Positions 30,851 through 40,728 of a stretch of DNA of 64,000 nt are shown here, piece after piece. Made by a program: the position numbers and the translations under genes. The first letter of the stretch is position 1; each line of letters starts with the position of its first letter. Origin of the DNA: an uncultured Ruminococcus sp. Its GTDB lineage: Bacteria; Bacillota; Clostridia; Oscillospirales; Acutalibacteraceae. The notes under the pieces were generated by a model. That model had not been told where the DNA came from. It ran no database searches and worked only from the letters and a program-made list of their open reading frames with translations. The stretch covers positions 5,148 through 69,147 of the forward strand of contig CAJOII010000001.1 in the NCBI GenBank assembly GCA_905234535.1. Reading direction: 5' to 3'.

Positions 30851-31337
30851 AGAGAGCGAGAGAGAAGCCGAGTGAGGGGTGATTCTTCTCTTTTTATTCT
30901 TGATTATTTTTTCTTTCTCTTTGTTTTTCTCTTACTCTTTGTATTTGTCTTTCTCTTCTTCTTTTTCTTTCTCTTTTTCTTTCTCTTTTTCTTTCTCTTG
31001 CCTTGTTTCGGTTGATTTCGGTTGATTTCGGTTGACAGTTGTCAGTTGTCATTGCGAAGCCCTTTAGGGCTGTGGCAATCCCCTTCTTCTTAATACCGTC
31101 TGAATAGAGATTCTCTTATCAACCGGTAGTGATGACAGGGGAATTCCCACGGTCGCTTCGCTCCCTCAGAATGACAAATGAAATGATCACAAATCAGTTG
31201 AAGACAACGCCTTCCCGCAATTCCTATTTCCTCATTCCTAATTTCTCATTAAAATTCGGGTGAGGGCGAAGCCCTCCCACCGTTCTTATCTCTTAGCTCT
31301 TAGTTCTTAGCTAATAAAGCTCTTAGTTCTTCACTAA
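30851..31337. repeat. Expanded composite repeat region (polypurine/polypyrimidine tract, 12-mer x3, 10-mer x3, modules Q, G, F, D)
   Basis: ctttttctttct x3 at 30961-30996; tttcggttga x3 at 31005-31034; later caattcctatttcctcattcctaatt, gggtgagggcgaagccctcc, tcttagctcttag arrays. Confidence 0.85.
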
Positions 31338-31363
31338 CAAAAAAGGCTGTCTTTCGACAGCCT
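31338..31363 (-). terminator. Intrinsic terminator after yloV-like gene
   Basis: AGGCTGTC-GAAA-GACAGCCT hairpin followed by TTTTTTG on the minus strand. Confidence 0.75.
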
Positions 31364-31368
31364 CTCTC

Positions 31369-33039
31369 TTATTCTACGCTGAAAATATAGTAATAAATCG
31401 GCTGTCCGCCCTTGATGTAGGTGATGTCCACCTGATCCGAGAACTTGCTCTCGAGCATCTCGACCGCCGCCTGGGCGTCTTCGTCGGAGACATCCGCGCC
31501 GGAGATCAGGGTGACAAAGGACATATCCTTGTCGATCATCGACTTGCACAGCTTATAGAGCGCCTTGTTGGGGGTCTTGTCGGTGACGGTCAGCTTGCCG
31601 TTGGCAAGGCCGATGATCTCTCCCTCTTTGATCTTCTTAGAGCCGAACTCGGAGTCGCGCGCCGCGAAGGTGACCTGACCGGTGGAGACATTCTTCGCCG
31701 CCTGCTTCATGTTCTCGAGATTCGTGTCGGAATCGGAATCGGGATCGAATACCAGCATCGCGGAGAGTCCCTGCGGGATGGTCTTGGTGGGAACAATGAT
31801 GACCTCTCTGTCGCCGATGAGGGTGACCGCCTGCTGAGCCGCCATGATGATGTTCTTGTTGTTCGGGAGGATGAAAACCTTCTTCGCGGGGGTCGCGAGA
31901 ACCGCCTCGACGATATCGTCGGTGGAGGGGTTCATGCTCTGACCGCCGGAGACGACATTCTTGCAGCCGAGCTCCATAAAGAGATCGCGCACACCGTCGC
32001 CCGCGGCAACACAGACAAAGCCGTATTCTTCAACAGGAGCGGCAAAGGCGAGCTTGTCGTCCTCAGCCTCGGCCTGCGCCTTCATCTTCTCGTTCTCGAT
32101 CTTCGCGTTCTTGTGCTGTTCCTTCATGTTCTCGACCTTGACGGTGAGGAGCTGGCCGTAGAGGAGGCCGCGTTGCATCGCGTTGCCGGGCTGCTCGGTA
32201 TGAACATGCACCTTGATGATCTCATCGTCGGCCACCATCACGATCGAATCGCCGATGGTCTCGAGGAAGAGACGCAGCTCGTTGGGATCTTCTTCACACT
32301 CAGGATCTCTGCCGACAATAAATTCTGTACAATATGTAAAGTTGATCACTTCGTCAAACTCTGCCGCGGCGGAACGGAAGAAATCGTCGCTTGTGGTATC
32401 GACCTCTTCTTCCTCGTCATACTCGATGACCTTGCCGTCACGGAAGACGGAGAGCATACCCTCAAAGATGGTGAGGATGCCCTTGCCGCCGGCATCGACA
32501 ACGCCCGCCTTCTTGAGCACGGGAAGCATCTTCGGCGTCTGCTCCAAAGCATAAGCCGCCTCGTCACAGATAATCTCCCACAGCACCGCGGGATCGTCCT
32601 CGGTCTCAAGCGCCTCGAGACCCGCCTCATACGCCATGCGCGCCACAGTGAGGATGGTGCCCTCGGTGGGCTTGGTGACCGCGTTATAGGCAGCTTCGAC
32701 ACCTAAGCCGAGAGCCGCGACGAGATCCTCGCCCGAAGCCTCTACCTTCCCCTCTAAGCCCTTGGAGATACCTCTGAAGAGCAGAGAGGTGATAACGCCC
32801 GAGTTGCCCCTCGCGCCCCTGAGCATCGCGGAAGCGGTGTTGTGCGCGACAGTCGCGACATCGGTAGCGTCTGAGTTCTGCAGCGCGACGGACGCCGCGA
32901 CGATGGTCATCGACATATTGGTGCCGGTGTCGCCGTCGGGAACCGGAAAGATGTTGAGGTCGTTGATACGAGCCTTGGAGATCTGGATATTATTCGCGCC
33001 CGAAATGATCGCTTGCTTTAGAGTTTCACCGTTGATCAA
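31369..33039 (-). CDS. DAK2-domain protein (YloV / fatty-acid kinase FakA-like)
   Basis: PDGDTGTNM Dak2 motif; start moved to TTG 33039 (AAGGAAG RBS 8 nt upstream) because the ORF-track start sits inside the promoter -10. Confidence 0.85.
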   Translation of the reverse strand: MINGETLKQAIISGANNIQISKARINDLNIFPVPDGDTGTNMSMTIVAASVALQNSDATDVATVAHNTASAMLRGARGNSGVITSLLFRGISKGLEGKVEASGEDLVAALGLGVEAAYNAVTKPTEGTILTVARMAYEAGLEALETEDDPAVLWEIICDEAAYALEQTPKMLPVLKKAGVVDAGGKGILTIFEGMLSVFRDGKVIEYDEEEEVDTTSDDFFRSAAAEFDEVINFTYCTEFIVGRDPECEEDPNELRLFLETIGDSIVMVADDEIIKVHVHTEQPGNAMQRGLLYGQLLTVKVENMKEQHKNAKIENEKMKAQAEAEDDKLAFAAPVEEYGFVCVAAGDGVRDLFMELGCKNVVSGGQSMNPSTDDIVEAVLATPAKKVFILPNNKNIIMAAQQAVTLIGDREVIIVPTKTIPQGLSAMLVFDPDSDSDTNLENMKQAAKNVSTGQVTFAARDSEFGSKKIKEGEIIGLANGKLTVTDKTPNKALYKLCKSMIDKDMSFVTLISGADVSDEDAQAAVEMLESKFSDQVDITYIKGGQPIYYYIFSVE

Positions 33040-33084
33040 TGAAAACACTTCCTTTGTATTACAAATTGTTTCACAGTTCTGAAT

Positions 33085-33113
33085 ATTATACACCAAAAAT
33101 TACAATTTTGCAA
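33085..33113 (-). promoter_or_regulatory. Candidate sigma-A promoter of yloV-like gene
   Basis: TTGCAA - 17 nt - TATAAT. Confidence 0.55.
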
Positions 33114-33149
33114 GAACTATTATGCACATAGTATGAACAAAACTTGCGG

Positions 33150-33923
33150 TTATCTTAGTTCATATCGACTGACAGAGAGACACCTACCGGATTTTTCGTC
33201 GATCTCAAAGACCGCGCCGGAGAGCCTGCACGCCCCCTCGGCGAGCTCGAACTTCTCGGGAAGCTGATCGACGAAGCGTCTTAATATGATCTCCTTCTTC
33301 ACCCCTAAGACCGAGTCGATCACACCGGTCATCCCGAGGTCGGTGATGTAGCCGGTGCCGTTTGTCAGGACCTCCTCGTCGGCGGTCTGAACATGGGTAT
33401 GGGTGCCGAAAACGGCGGAGACCCTGCCGTCGAGATAAAAGCCCATCGCGCGCTTCTCGGAGGTCGCCTCCGCGTGAAAGTCCACCATGATGATATTAGT
33501 GTCGACCTCTTTGAGCGCTCTGTCGGCGGCGAGGAAGGGGTTGTCGACCGTAGGAGAGATATGCTCCTGTCCCATCAGGTTCATCACCGTCACCCGAACC
33601 CGCCCCATATCGACACAGCATACGCCCGTACCGGGAACATTGGGAGAAGAGAAGTTCAAGGGTCTGATCAGATACGGCTTTGAGTCGAGGTAGTCGAAGA
33701 TCTGCATCCTGCGAAAGGCATGGTTGCCCAAGGTGATCACATCCACCCCCGACGCGAAGAGATAGTCGCAGGAGCGGTTGGAGATACCGTTCTTCGAGGA
33801 GCTGTTCTCACCGTTGCAGATCACGAGGTCGATGCCGTTCTTTCGTTTGAAATCGGGCAGCTTCTGCCTGAGGAAGGCACAGCCCGCCGAGCCTACCACA
33901 TCGCCGATACAAAAAATTTTCAT
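33150..33923 (-). CDS. ymdB: YmdB-family metallophosphoesterase (TIGR00282)
   Basis: 257 aa; MKIFCIGDVVG...NGENS metallophosphoesterase motifs. Confidence 0.85.
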   Translation of the reverse strand: MKIFCIGDVVGSAGCAFLRQKLPDFKRKNGIDLVICNGENSSSKNGISNRSCDYLFASGVDVITLGNHAFRRMQIFDYLDSKPYLIRPLNFSSPNVPGTGVCCVDMGRVRVTVMNLMGQEHISPTVDNPFLAADRALKEVDTNIIMVDFHAEATSEKRAMGFYLDGRVSAVFGTHTHVQTADEEVLTNGTGYITDLGMTGVIDSVLGVKKEIILRRFVDQLPEKFELAEGACRLSGAVFEIDEKSGRCLSVSRYELR

Positions 33924-34005
33924 CTGTCATCATCTTTCTATACCGGAAAGCATCCGATAGGCGTATTGTAGCACAAACAGATGAAAAACGCAAGAAAATA
34001 CGCGC

Positions 34006-35196
34006 TCATTCCTCCTCGTCTTTTTGGATAATAATCGGATTTTGACAGGCGATATCCTCCAGACAGTGATAGGTCACCTTCAGATAACAGCGCTCTTCGT
34101 CATATGAAAAGTCATATTCCCGCTCTTCTACTGTACAGTCACAGAGAGCGAACGCTTCATACAAGAGCGACTGCCGCTCTAAGAATGTCCTCGCCTCTTT
34201 CTCTGAAAAGCGCTTCTCACAAAGATCAAACGAATAGACATCCTCTCTGATCACAGAGAGCGGGATATCGGTATCGAGCAGGCGCATGCCCCGCTCCTCT
34301 GATCTCACGGCGGCATATTCTCCCCCCGCGTTCGAGAAGCTCAGCGGGACGCTCAGAGAGAATATCCCCGCACGATAGCGGGAGACGGACGCCGATAAAG
34401 GCTCTAAGGATGAGCGATCTTTATCAAGTGAGAAAGTCATCTCTCTGACCGTCTTCGCGATCACCTCGGCGGACGCGTGGACAAAGCTGACCCCTCCAGC
34501 CGCGTCCTCGATCACCCCCGAGACCAGGAGCTGATCTTTGATCACACCCGAGCCCTTCTCTATCATGGACGCGCCCTGCGCGATATTGGAGCTTACGATC
34601 ACGCCGTCGCGCGACGCCTTGATGTTGCAGGGAGTAGAAATGTCCTCGACCGGCGGCGGCAAGGACTCCTCCTTTAGCTCGACGCTCGCGTATGATCCCG
34701 AGACATTGACAGCCATCCAGCCGAGATCCTTGTCTTTGATCAGCATATTGCGCGCGATCATATCGTAGTCGAGCGCGGGCTTGAACGCGCCGACATAGAG
34801 CCCCTCTTCTCTGAGCTCTTCTTTAAGCTCTGAGACGCTCACCCGATCGGCTCCCGTGATCTCGATGCTTAAGATAAACTGGGACATCACGAATATCACG
34901 AGCAGAAACGCCGCTGCGCCGAATAGGAGCCCCACCCGCCCGCGGTGCGCTCGAAGAATAACCGGAACACCCTTCTTCTGAGTGATTTTCAGACGCGCAG
35001 AAGCGGCTCTCGCGACGGGTCTGATCGAAAGATAATCTTTCATATACATACAAGCGTACAGCCGAGCGCCCTCTCTCTTCGCGCCCCAAACGCGAAGGGA
35101 CCGCTTCGAGGTGATATTGAGGAATCGCTCGGGAAAGCGTGAGATGATCTCAAAGCGGACATATCCGCTCAGATATCGCAGAATTCTGAGAATCAT
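34006..35196 (-). CDS. yqfD: Sporulation protein YqfD
   Basis: 396 aa; characteristic N-terminus LRYLSGYVRFEI..FPERFLN, one central TM. Confidence 0.85.
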   Translation of the reverse strand: MILRILRYLSGYVRFEIISRFPERFLNITSKRSLRVWGAKREGARLYACMYMKDYLSIRPVARAASARLKITQKKGVPVILRAHRGRVGLLFGAAAFLLVIFVMSQFILSIEITGADRVSVSELKEELREEGLYVGAFKPALDYDMIARNMLIKDKDLGWMAVNVSGSYASVELKEESLPPPVEDISTPCNIKASRDGVIVSSNIAQGASMIEKGSGVIKDQLLVSGVIEDAAGGVSFVHASAEVIAKTVREMTFSLDKDRSSLEPLSASVSRYRAGIFSLSVPLSFSNAGGEYAAVRSEERGMRLLDTDIPLSVIREDVYSFDLCEKRFSEKEARTFLERQSLLYEAFALCDCTVEEREYDFSYDEERCYLKVTYHCLEDIACQNPIIIQKDEEE

Positions 35197-35211
35197 ATTT
35201 CCTCCAAAGAA

Positions 35212-35463
35212 TTATACAGTGAATTTGACCTCTGAGATAAAGCCGCTGATGATCAGCGCGGACTCGGAGATACACTTTAAGTTGAGCCCTCTGCCGACGA
35301 AGGATACCGTCATCATTTTCAGACTGATCCTGATGAGGGTGTCGCTGTATTCGAGCACCCCCTTGCTGCCCTCGATCGTCACCTCGCGGTTCGACAAAAA
35401 CTCAAGGGATGGCTCGCTCATATCAAAGGACAGCGCTTTGAGCGGATGTTTGTTCTTCTTCAT
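35212..35463 (-). CDS. yqfC: YabP/YqfC-family sporulation protein
   Basis: 83 aa; immediately upstream of yqfD as in other Firmicutes. Confidence 0.8.
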   Translation of the reverse strand: MKKNKHPLKALSFDMSEPSLEFLSNREVTIEGSKGVLEYSDTLIRISLKMMTVSFVGRGLNLKCISESALIISGFISEVKFTV

Positions 35464-35534
35464 ATCATCACCTCCTAATATTTATGACAAAAGCGGAATA
35501 TATATTAATCATCCGATGTTTCAAGGGTGAAGAT

Positions 35535-36638
35535 ATGCGTATAAAATTATTCGAAAAAGGAAAAATAATCATCTATGGGCTGATCATCCTCACAGGCATC
35601 TATCTCTCGGTCAGCTTCAGTGAAGAGGTGTACCGCGGGATCCATCAGGGTATCGCGCTCTGCTGTGATGTGCTGGTGCCGTCCTTGTTCTTTCTGATGG
35701 TGATTGCGGCGTTTACGGTACACAGCTCGGTCGCTCTGTATATCACAAGACCGCTCAGGGGTATAAGCCGCGTATGCTTCTCGCTGCCGTATGTCTGTAT
35801 GACGCCGATCCTGCTCTCGCTCATCGGAGGGTATCCGGTGGGCGCGAGATGCGTCTCTATCCTGTTCAAAAGCGGAATGATCACGAGGGATCAGGCGAAG
35901 AAGGCCTCGTACATCGCGGTATCAGCCGGACCGGGGTTTCTGATCAATTACATCGCACTTGCGCTCTTGAATCACAGAGAATCGGGCGTGATCCTCTTGA
36001 CTTCTGAGATCATCTCGGTGATCATCACCGGCGTTATCGTCTCAAAAACGGTGAAATGTGAGAAAGACCCGCCGAAAGGGACGCTGAGAGCCACATCCTC
36101 TTCCCTTCTGATCGACTCGGTGGAGGACGCGTCAAAGGGCGTCTTCTCGATGTGCTCGATGGTGCTGATGTTCTCTTCTCTCACAGAGATCTTAAAGAGC
36201 GCGCTCGGCGGGCACGAGACGATTCTCCTGATCCTCTCAAATCTCTTAGAGATCACCACGGGGAGCAATCTCTCGGCAGGGAAAATCCCCTTGTATCTCA
36301 CGGCGTTCTTCGTAGGATTTTCTTCTCTGTCGGTACACTGTCAGATCTACGCTGTCCTCAAGGATGTACGGCCGCATATCGGGCTGTTCACGCTTTTTCG
36401 CGTCTTGCAAGGAATCATCGCGTCCCTCGCGACATATATATTAGTCAGTATATTTCCCGAGACAGCGGCGGTGTTCTCCACCGCAGAGGTCACCGAAGCA
36501 CCCCGCATCACCTCTACCGTATGGGGGTCGCTCGCACTCGTGCTCTCGTCGCTGTTTTTTCTCGGGTCAGTCACTCAGGGAGGAAACTATGTGCTCAATC
36601 GCAGGAATCATGACCGATCACACCGATCTGTCCGATAA
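35535..36638 (+). CDS. Polytopic membrane protein, YlbJ-like (nucleoside-recognition-domain sporulation membrane protein)
   Basis: Start moved to ATG 35535 (MRIKLF) behind AAGGGTGAAG; ~10 TM segments; 50-nt overlap with asnB. Confidence 0.55.
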   Translation: MRIKLFEKGKIIIYGLIILTGIYLSVSFSEEVYRGIHQGIALCCDVLVPSLFFLMVIAAFTVHSSVALYITRPLRGISRVCFSLPYVCMTPILLSLIGGYPVGARCVSILFKSGMITRDQAKKASYIAVSAGPGFLINYIALALLNHRESGVILLTSEIISVIITGVIVSKTVKCEKDPPKGTLRATSSSLLIDSVEDASKGVFSMCSMVLMFSSLTEILKSALGGHETILLILSNLLEITTGSNLSAGKIPLYLTAFFVGFSSLSVHCQIYAVLKDVRPHIGLFTLFRVLQGIIASLATYILVSIFPETAAVFSTAEVTEAPRITSTVWGSLALVLSSLFFLGSVTQGGNYVLNRRNHDRSHRSVR

Positions 36639-38430
36639 GAGAGAAACGCTCATCAGAATGAACGAGACCCTTCGCCGCAGGGGGCCCGATGATCACGGCG
36701 AATACTTCAGAGAGAATGTCGCGCTTCTTCACAGGCGGCTCTCGATCATCGACCCTGAGGGCGGCGCTCAGCCGATGAGCACGCTTCTAAACGGAGAGAA
36801 GTTCACCCTCGTCTACAACGGCGAGCTGTATAATACCGACGAGCTCAGAAGAGAGCTCATCGAGAAGGGCTATCGCTTCTCGACCCGCTCGGACACCGAG
36901 GTGCTCTTAAAGTGCTACTGCGAATACCGAGAAGAATGTGTGCATAAGCTCAACGGCATCTTCGCGTTTGCGGTGCTCGAGGAGTTCTCAAAACGGCTTT
37001 TTCTGTGCCGTGACCGCATCGGCGTCAAGCCGCTGTTCTTTCACAAACTCGACGACGGCATCATCTTCTCATCAGAGATCAAGGCGATCTTAGAGAGCGG
37101 GATGATCCGCGCCGAGGTGGATGAGGAGGGGCTGTACGAGATCTTCTTCTTAGGTCCCGCACGGACCTCGGGAAAGGGCATCTTCAAGGGGATCGAAGAG
37201 CTCCTTCCCGGTGAGTATATGATCTATGAGGACAACACGCTCAAGAGGGTCAAGTACTATGAGCTTTCGGCAAAAGAATGGGACAAGAGCGAAGAAGAGA
37301 CGATCGAATACGCCCGCTCACTCCTTAGGGATGCGATCACAAGACAGCTCGTGTCCGATGTGCCGATGTGCTTCTTCCTCTCGGGAGGGCTTGACTCGAG
37401 CATCATCTGTCAGACGGCAGCAGAATATTACCGCGATCACGGCAAAGGGAATATCCATACCTACTCGGTGGAATATCAGGATAACCGCAAATACTTTCAG
37501 AAGAATCTCTTCCAGCCGAACGCGGACTTCGAGTTTATCTCTCTGATGGAGAAGAGCTGCCGCTCAGTCCACAAGGAGGTCATCCTTAAGAACGAGGATG
37601 TCTTTGAGGCACTGTACACGGCTGTGGTCGCGAGAGATCTGCCGGGATATGTAGATATCGACTCCTCCCTGCTCCTCTTCTGCAAGGAGATCAAGAAAGA
37701 CTTCAAGGTCGCGCTCTCGGGAGAATGCGCCGACGAGCTCTTCGGCGGATATCCGTGGTATCACAACAAAGAGATCCTGTTTGAGGAGTGCTTTCCGTGG
37801 TCAAGAGAGCAGTCCACTCGCCGCAAGGTGCTCAAAGACGGTATTTTAAAACGCGGCGAAGAATATGTCAGAGAGCGGTATCTCGACACCGTCAAAGGCA
37901 CCGATACATTAAAGTCCGATTCCCCCTTGACACGGAGGATGCGCGAGATGTTCAGGCTCAACTTCTACTGGTTTATGCAGTGCTTACTTGAGCGAAAGGA
38001 CCGCTGCTCGATGTACTCAGGGCTCGAGGTGAGGGTGCCGTTCTGCGACTACAGGCTTGTCGACTTCGCCTATAATATGCCGTGGGAGATCAAAGCGTAC
38101 GGCGGTCGGGAGAAGGGCATCATCCGCAAGGCGTTCGAGGGGATCCTGCCCGACGAGATCGTCTACCGCAAGAAGAGCCCCTACCCGAAGACCCACAACC
38201 CTGTCTATATGCGCCTGTGCTCTGACAGGGTCAGAGAGATCCTCTCTGACTCAGGCCGGAGGATAACGGCGCTTTTGAGCGAAGCGGGCGTGAAGGATAT
38301 CATCGAGCATCCCGAGGAGCTTAGGTCTCCGTGGTACGGTCAGCTGATGCTCTCTCCGCAGGTGCTCGCGTATCTGATACAGCTCGACTACTGGTTCGAG
38401 AATTATCATGTGGACATAAAAATTTCATAA
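36589..38430 (+). CDS. asnB: Asparagine synthase (glutamine-hydrolysing)
   Basis: 613 aa; N-terminal MCSIAG nucleophile Cys, SGGLDSS PP-loop; GGAGG RBS. Confidence 0.9.
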   Translation: MCSIAGIMTDHTDLSDKRETLIRMNETLRRRGPDDHGEYFRENVALLHRRLSIIDPEGGAQPMSTLLNGEKFTLVYNGELYNTDELRRELIEKGYRFSTRSDTEVLLKCYCEYREECVHKLNGIFAFAVLEEFSKRLFLCRDRIGVKPLFFHKLDDGIIFSSEIKAILESGMIRAEVDEEGLYEIFFLGPARTSGKGIFKGIEELLPGEYMIYEDNTLKRVKYYELSAKEWDKSEEETIEYARSLLRDAITRQLVSDVPMCFFLSGGLDSSIICQTAAEYYRDHGKGNIHTYSVEYQDNRKYFQKNLFQPNADFEFISLMEKSCRSVHKEVILKNEDVFEALYTAVVARDLPGYVDIDSSLLLFCKEIKKDFKVALSGECADELFGGYPWYHNKEILFEECFPWSREQSTRRKVLKDGILKRGEEYVRERYLDTVKGTDTLKSDSPLTRRMREMFRLNFYWFMQCLLERKDRCSMYSGLEVRVPFCDYRLVDFAYNMPWEIKAYGGREKGIIRKAFEGILPDEIVYRKKSPYPKTHNPVYMRLCSDRVREILSDSGRRITALLSEAGVKDIIEHPEELRSPWYGQLMLSPQVLAYLIQLDYWFENYHVDIKIS

Positions 38431-38559
38431 ATTCGTCAAAAAATGTTTATCAAATCGTCAAAGTTTGTTTAAGTAAAAATGATATCGTTAAATTGCGATA
38501 GGTCAGATCCCGTCAAAAAACAGAAACAAACAGAACCAAAATGTAAAGGAAGTGACAAA

Positions 38560-39063
38560 ATGAGAGAAGAACAGTTTCAGAACATGACCGCGTACATCAG
38601 TGAGTCAAAAAGACGCTCCACGACCTTGAAGACGCTTCACGACATTTTGCCCGCCTTAATGTATGTTTTCTATCCGATGGAAGCGATCTATCTGCTTGTG
38701 ACGCAGGGAATCGGGAGCGAAGTGTTTTTACGCTTCACGCTGATACCGTTCGGCACCTTCGTGCTGACGACGGTGGTGAGAGCCATCATCAACGCTCAGC
38801 GTCCGTATGAAAAGTACGACTTCACGCCGGTGGTGAGAAAACAGACGAAAGGCAAGAGCTTTCCGTCCAGACACACGGTCTCGGCGTTCATCATCGCGAT
38901 GGCGTTCATGTATATCGAAGTAAAGCTCGGTATCATCATGCTGGTGATCGCCGCTCTGATCGGCATGACCCGCGTGCTTTGCGGAGTTCATTTTATCAGA
39001 GATGTCATCTCGGGCGCTCTGATCGGCGCCGTGATCGGCGCGATCGGGTTCTTCGTGATCTGA
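38560..39063 (+). CDS. PAP2-family phosphatase
   Basis: Start moved to ATG 38560 behind AAGGAAG; acid-phosphatase motifs ...QRP, PSRH, TRV..GVH...D. Confidence 0.8.
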   Translation: MREEQFQNMTAYISESKRRSTTLKTLHDILPALMYVFYPMEAIYLLVTQGIGSEVFLRFTLIPFGTFVLTTVVRAIINAQRPYEKYDFTPVVRKQTKGKSFPSRHTVSAFIIAMAFMYIEVKLGIIMLVIAALIGMTRVLCGVHFIRDVISGALIGAVIGAIGFFVI

Positions 39064-39126
39064 GCAGAATAAAGCGCTTTATAAATATTTAGTATCATAT
39101 ATACATTTTGGAATTTCTCCCGACAA

Positions 39127-39160
39127 AAAACGCGTGCAGCAATGCGCGCGTTTTGGTTTT
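39127..39160 (+). terminator. Candidate intrinsic terminator after PAP2 gene
   Basis: AACGCGTGC-loop-GCGCGCGTT hairpin followed by TTGGTTTT. Confidence 0.45.
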
Positions 39161-39189
39161 GCGAGGGACCCCCTTCATGAAACGCCGTA

Positions 39190-39253
39190 CAAATTCAGGT
39201 GAGGATGAAGTTCTCCCGCGATTATTCATTATTCATCATTCATTTTTCATTAA
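39190..39253. repeat. Mosaic intergenic repeat (F-E)
   Basis: ttcaggtgaggatgaagttctccc then attattcattattcatcattcatttttcatt. Confidence 0.75.
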
Positions 39254-39281
39254 AAGAAAAAAGCCTCCCGAAGGAGGCTTT
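39254..39281 (-). terminator. Intrinsic terminator after metK
   Basis: AAGCCTCC-TTCG-GGAGGCTT hairpin followed by TTTTTCTTTT on the minus strand. Confidence 0.75.
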
Positions 39282-39287
39282 GATACT

Positions 39288-40466
39288 TTATGAAAGCGCG
39301 GCTATAAGCGCCTGTGTCTTGTCGGTATCCTCCCAGCGGACGGGAAGATCGGTTCTGCCCATATGGCCGTAGGATGACAGCGGCGCGTAGCGGGTATGGA
39401 GCAGATCGAGCTCCTTGATAATGGACGCGGGACGGCAGTCAAAAACCTTTCTGACCGCTTCGGCGATCCGATCGTCCGCATAAGACGAAGTATGGAAGGT
39501 GTCGACCATGATCGAGACGGGATTTGCGACGCCGATCGCATAGGCGAGCTGTACCTCCGCCTTCTTCGCTATACCGGAGGCGACAATATTCTTCGCGATA
39601 TAGCGGGCGTAGTATGCCGCGGAGCGATCCACCTTGGTCGGATCCTTGCCCGAGAAGGCGCCGCCGCCGTGGCGGGCGTAGCCGCCGTAGGTGTCGACGA
39701 TGATCTTTCTGCCGGTAAGACCGGAGTCTCCCTGCGGGCCGCCGATGACGAACCTGCCGGTGGGATTGATGAACACCTTGGTATCCTCGTCCATCAGAGC
39801 GTCGTCGATGACGGGGCGGATGACATATTTGATGATATCTCTTCTGATGTCGTCAAGCGCGATATCCTCGTCGTGCTGGGTAGAGACGACGATGGTGTCG
39901 ACACGCTTGACAGAGCCGTCCTCGTATTCTACCGTCACCTGAGTCTTGCCGTCGGGACGAAGATACGAGAGAGTCCCGTTCTTTCGGACTTCGGCAAGTC
40001 TGCGCGCGAGCTTATGGGATAAGGAGATCGCAAGCGGCATCAGCTCCTCTGTCTCATCGCAGGCAAAGCCGAACATCATCCCCTGATCTCCCGCGCCGAT
40101 GAGATTGAGGTCGTCCTCTGCGCCTTCTTTTCTCTCAAAAGACTCGTTGACGCCCATCGCGATATCGGGCGACTGGCGGTTGATGAACAGATCCACCTTG
40201 CAGGTGCTGCCGTTAAAGGTCGCTCTGTCACAGTCGTAGCCGATGGCGCAGACCGCCTCTCTCGCGACCTTCTCAAAGTCGACCTCGGCGGTGGTGCTGA
40301 TCTCTCCCATAATACTGATCCTGTCGGGCGCGGCGGTCGTCTCGCAGGCGACATGAGCGTGCTCGTCCTGACTGAGGATCGCGTCGAGGATCGCATCGGA
40401 GACACGGTCGCAGACCTTGTCGGGATGTCCCTCGGTCACGGATTCGGATGTAAAAAAGTAAGACAT
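39288..40466 (-). CDS. metK: S-adenosylmethionine synthetase
   Basis: Start moved to [17 protein letters not shown] (ATG 40466, AAAGGAA RBS); [10 protein letters not shown] motif. Confidence 0.95.
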   Translation of the reverse strand: MSYFFTSESVTEGHPDKVCDRVSDAILDAILSQDEHAHVACETTAAPDRISIMGEISTTAEVDFEKVAREAVCAIGYDCDRATFNGSTCKVDLFINRQSPDIAMGVNESFERKEGAEDDLNLIGAGDQGMMFGFACDETEELMPLAISLSHKLARRLAEVRKNGTLSYLRPDGKTQVTVEYEDGSVKRVDTIVVSTQHDEDIALDDIRRDIIKYVIRPVIDDALMDEDTKVFINPTGRFVIGGPQGDSGLTGRKIIVDTYGGYARHGGGAFSGKDPTKVDRSAAYYARYIAKNIVASGIAKKAEVQLAYAIGVANPVSIMVDTFHTSSYADDRIAEAVRKVFDCRPASIIKELDLLHTRYAPLSSYGHMGRTDLPVRWEDTDKTQALIAALS

Positions 40467-40494
40467 ATATAGATTCCTTTCCATACACATTATC

Positions 40495-40628
40495 AAAGAA
40501 AATCCCGAAGCGGCACACGCTCCGGGAGTCAAAACTCATCTGTCGGTGATACCGCAGGAATTGGCACCTTACATAACGCAGGTTGCCGGACTTCATCGGG
40601 CCTGTCCCTCAGTCGCTCTTGATAAGTG
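40495..40628 (-). promoter_or_regulatory. SAM-I (S-box) riboswitch with terminator expression platform
   Basis: CTTATCAAGAGCGACTGAGGGACAGGCCCGATGAAGTCCGGCAACC...GGTGCCAATTCCTGC...AGATGAG matches SAM-I core; followed by CCCGGAGCG/CGCTTCGGG hairpin + TTTTCTTT. Confidence 0.9.
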
Positions 40629-40698
40629 GTAATATTCTTTTGAACAGAGTATACACAGTATAATACAGAGAACGGAAAATGTCAAGAGAGGCATATTT

Positions 40699-40728
40699 AG
40701 TTTTCAGTTGTCAGTTCTCAGTTCTCGG
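40699..40728. repeat. Mosaic repeat module Q abutting the stop codon of the NTase gene
   Basis: ttttcagttgtcagttctcagttctcgg; 19-mer identical to 41528-41546. Confidence 0.8.

Noticed and set aside
30812-31015. 67-aa Phe/Leu-rich ORF
   Set aside because: It is a translation artefact of the ~130-nt polypyrimidine tract and its 12-mer repeats, with no RBS.
40467-40532. 22-codon N-terminal extension of MetK in the ORF track
   Set aside because: It overlaps the riboswitch terminator hairpin. The conserved MetK N-terminus ([16 protein letters not shown]) begins at the internal ATG, which has a good RBS.
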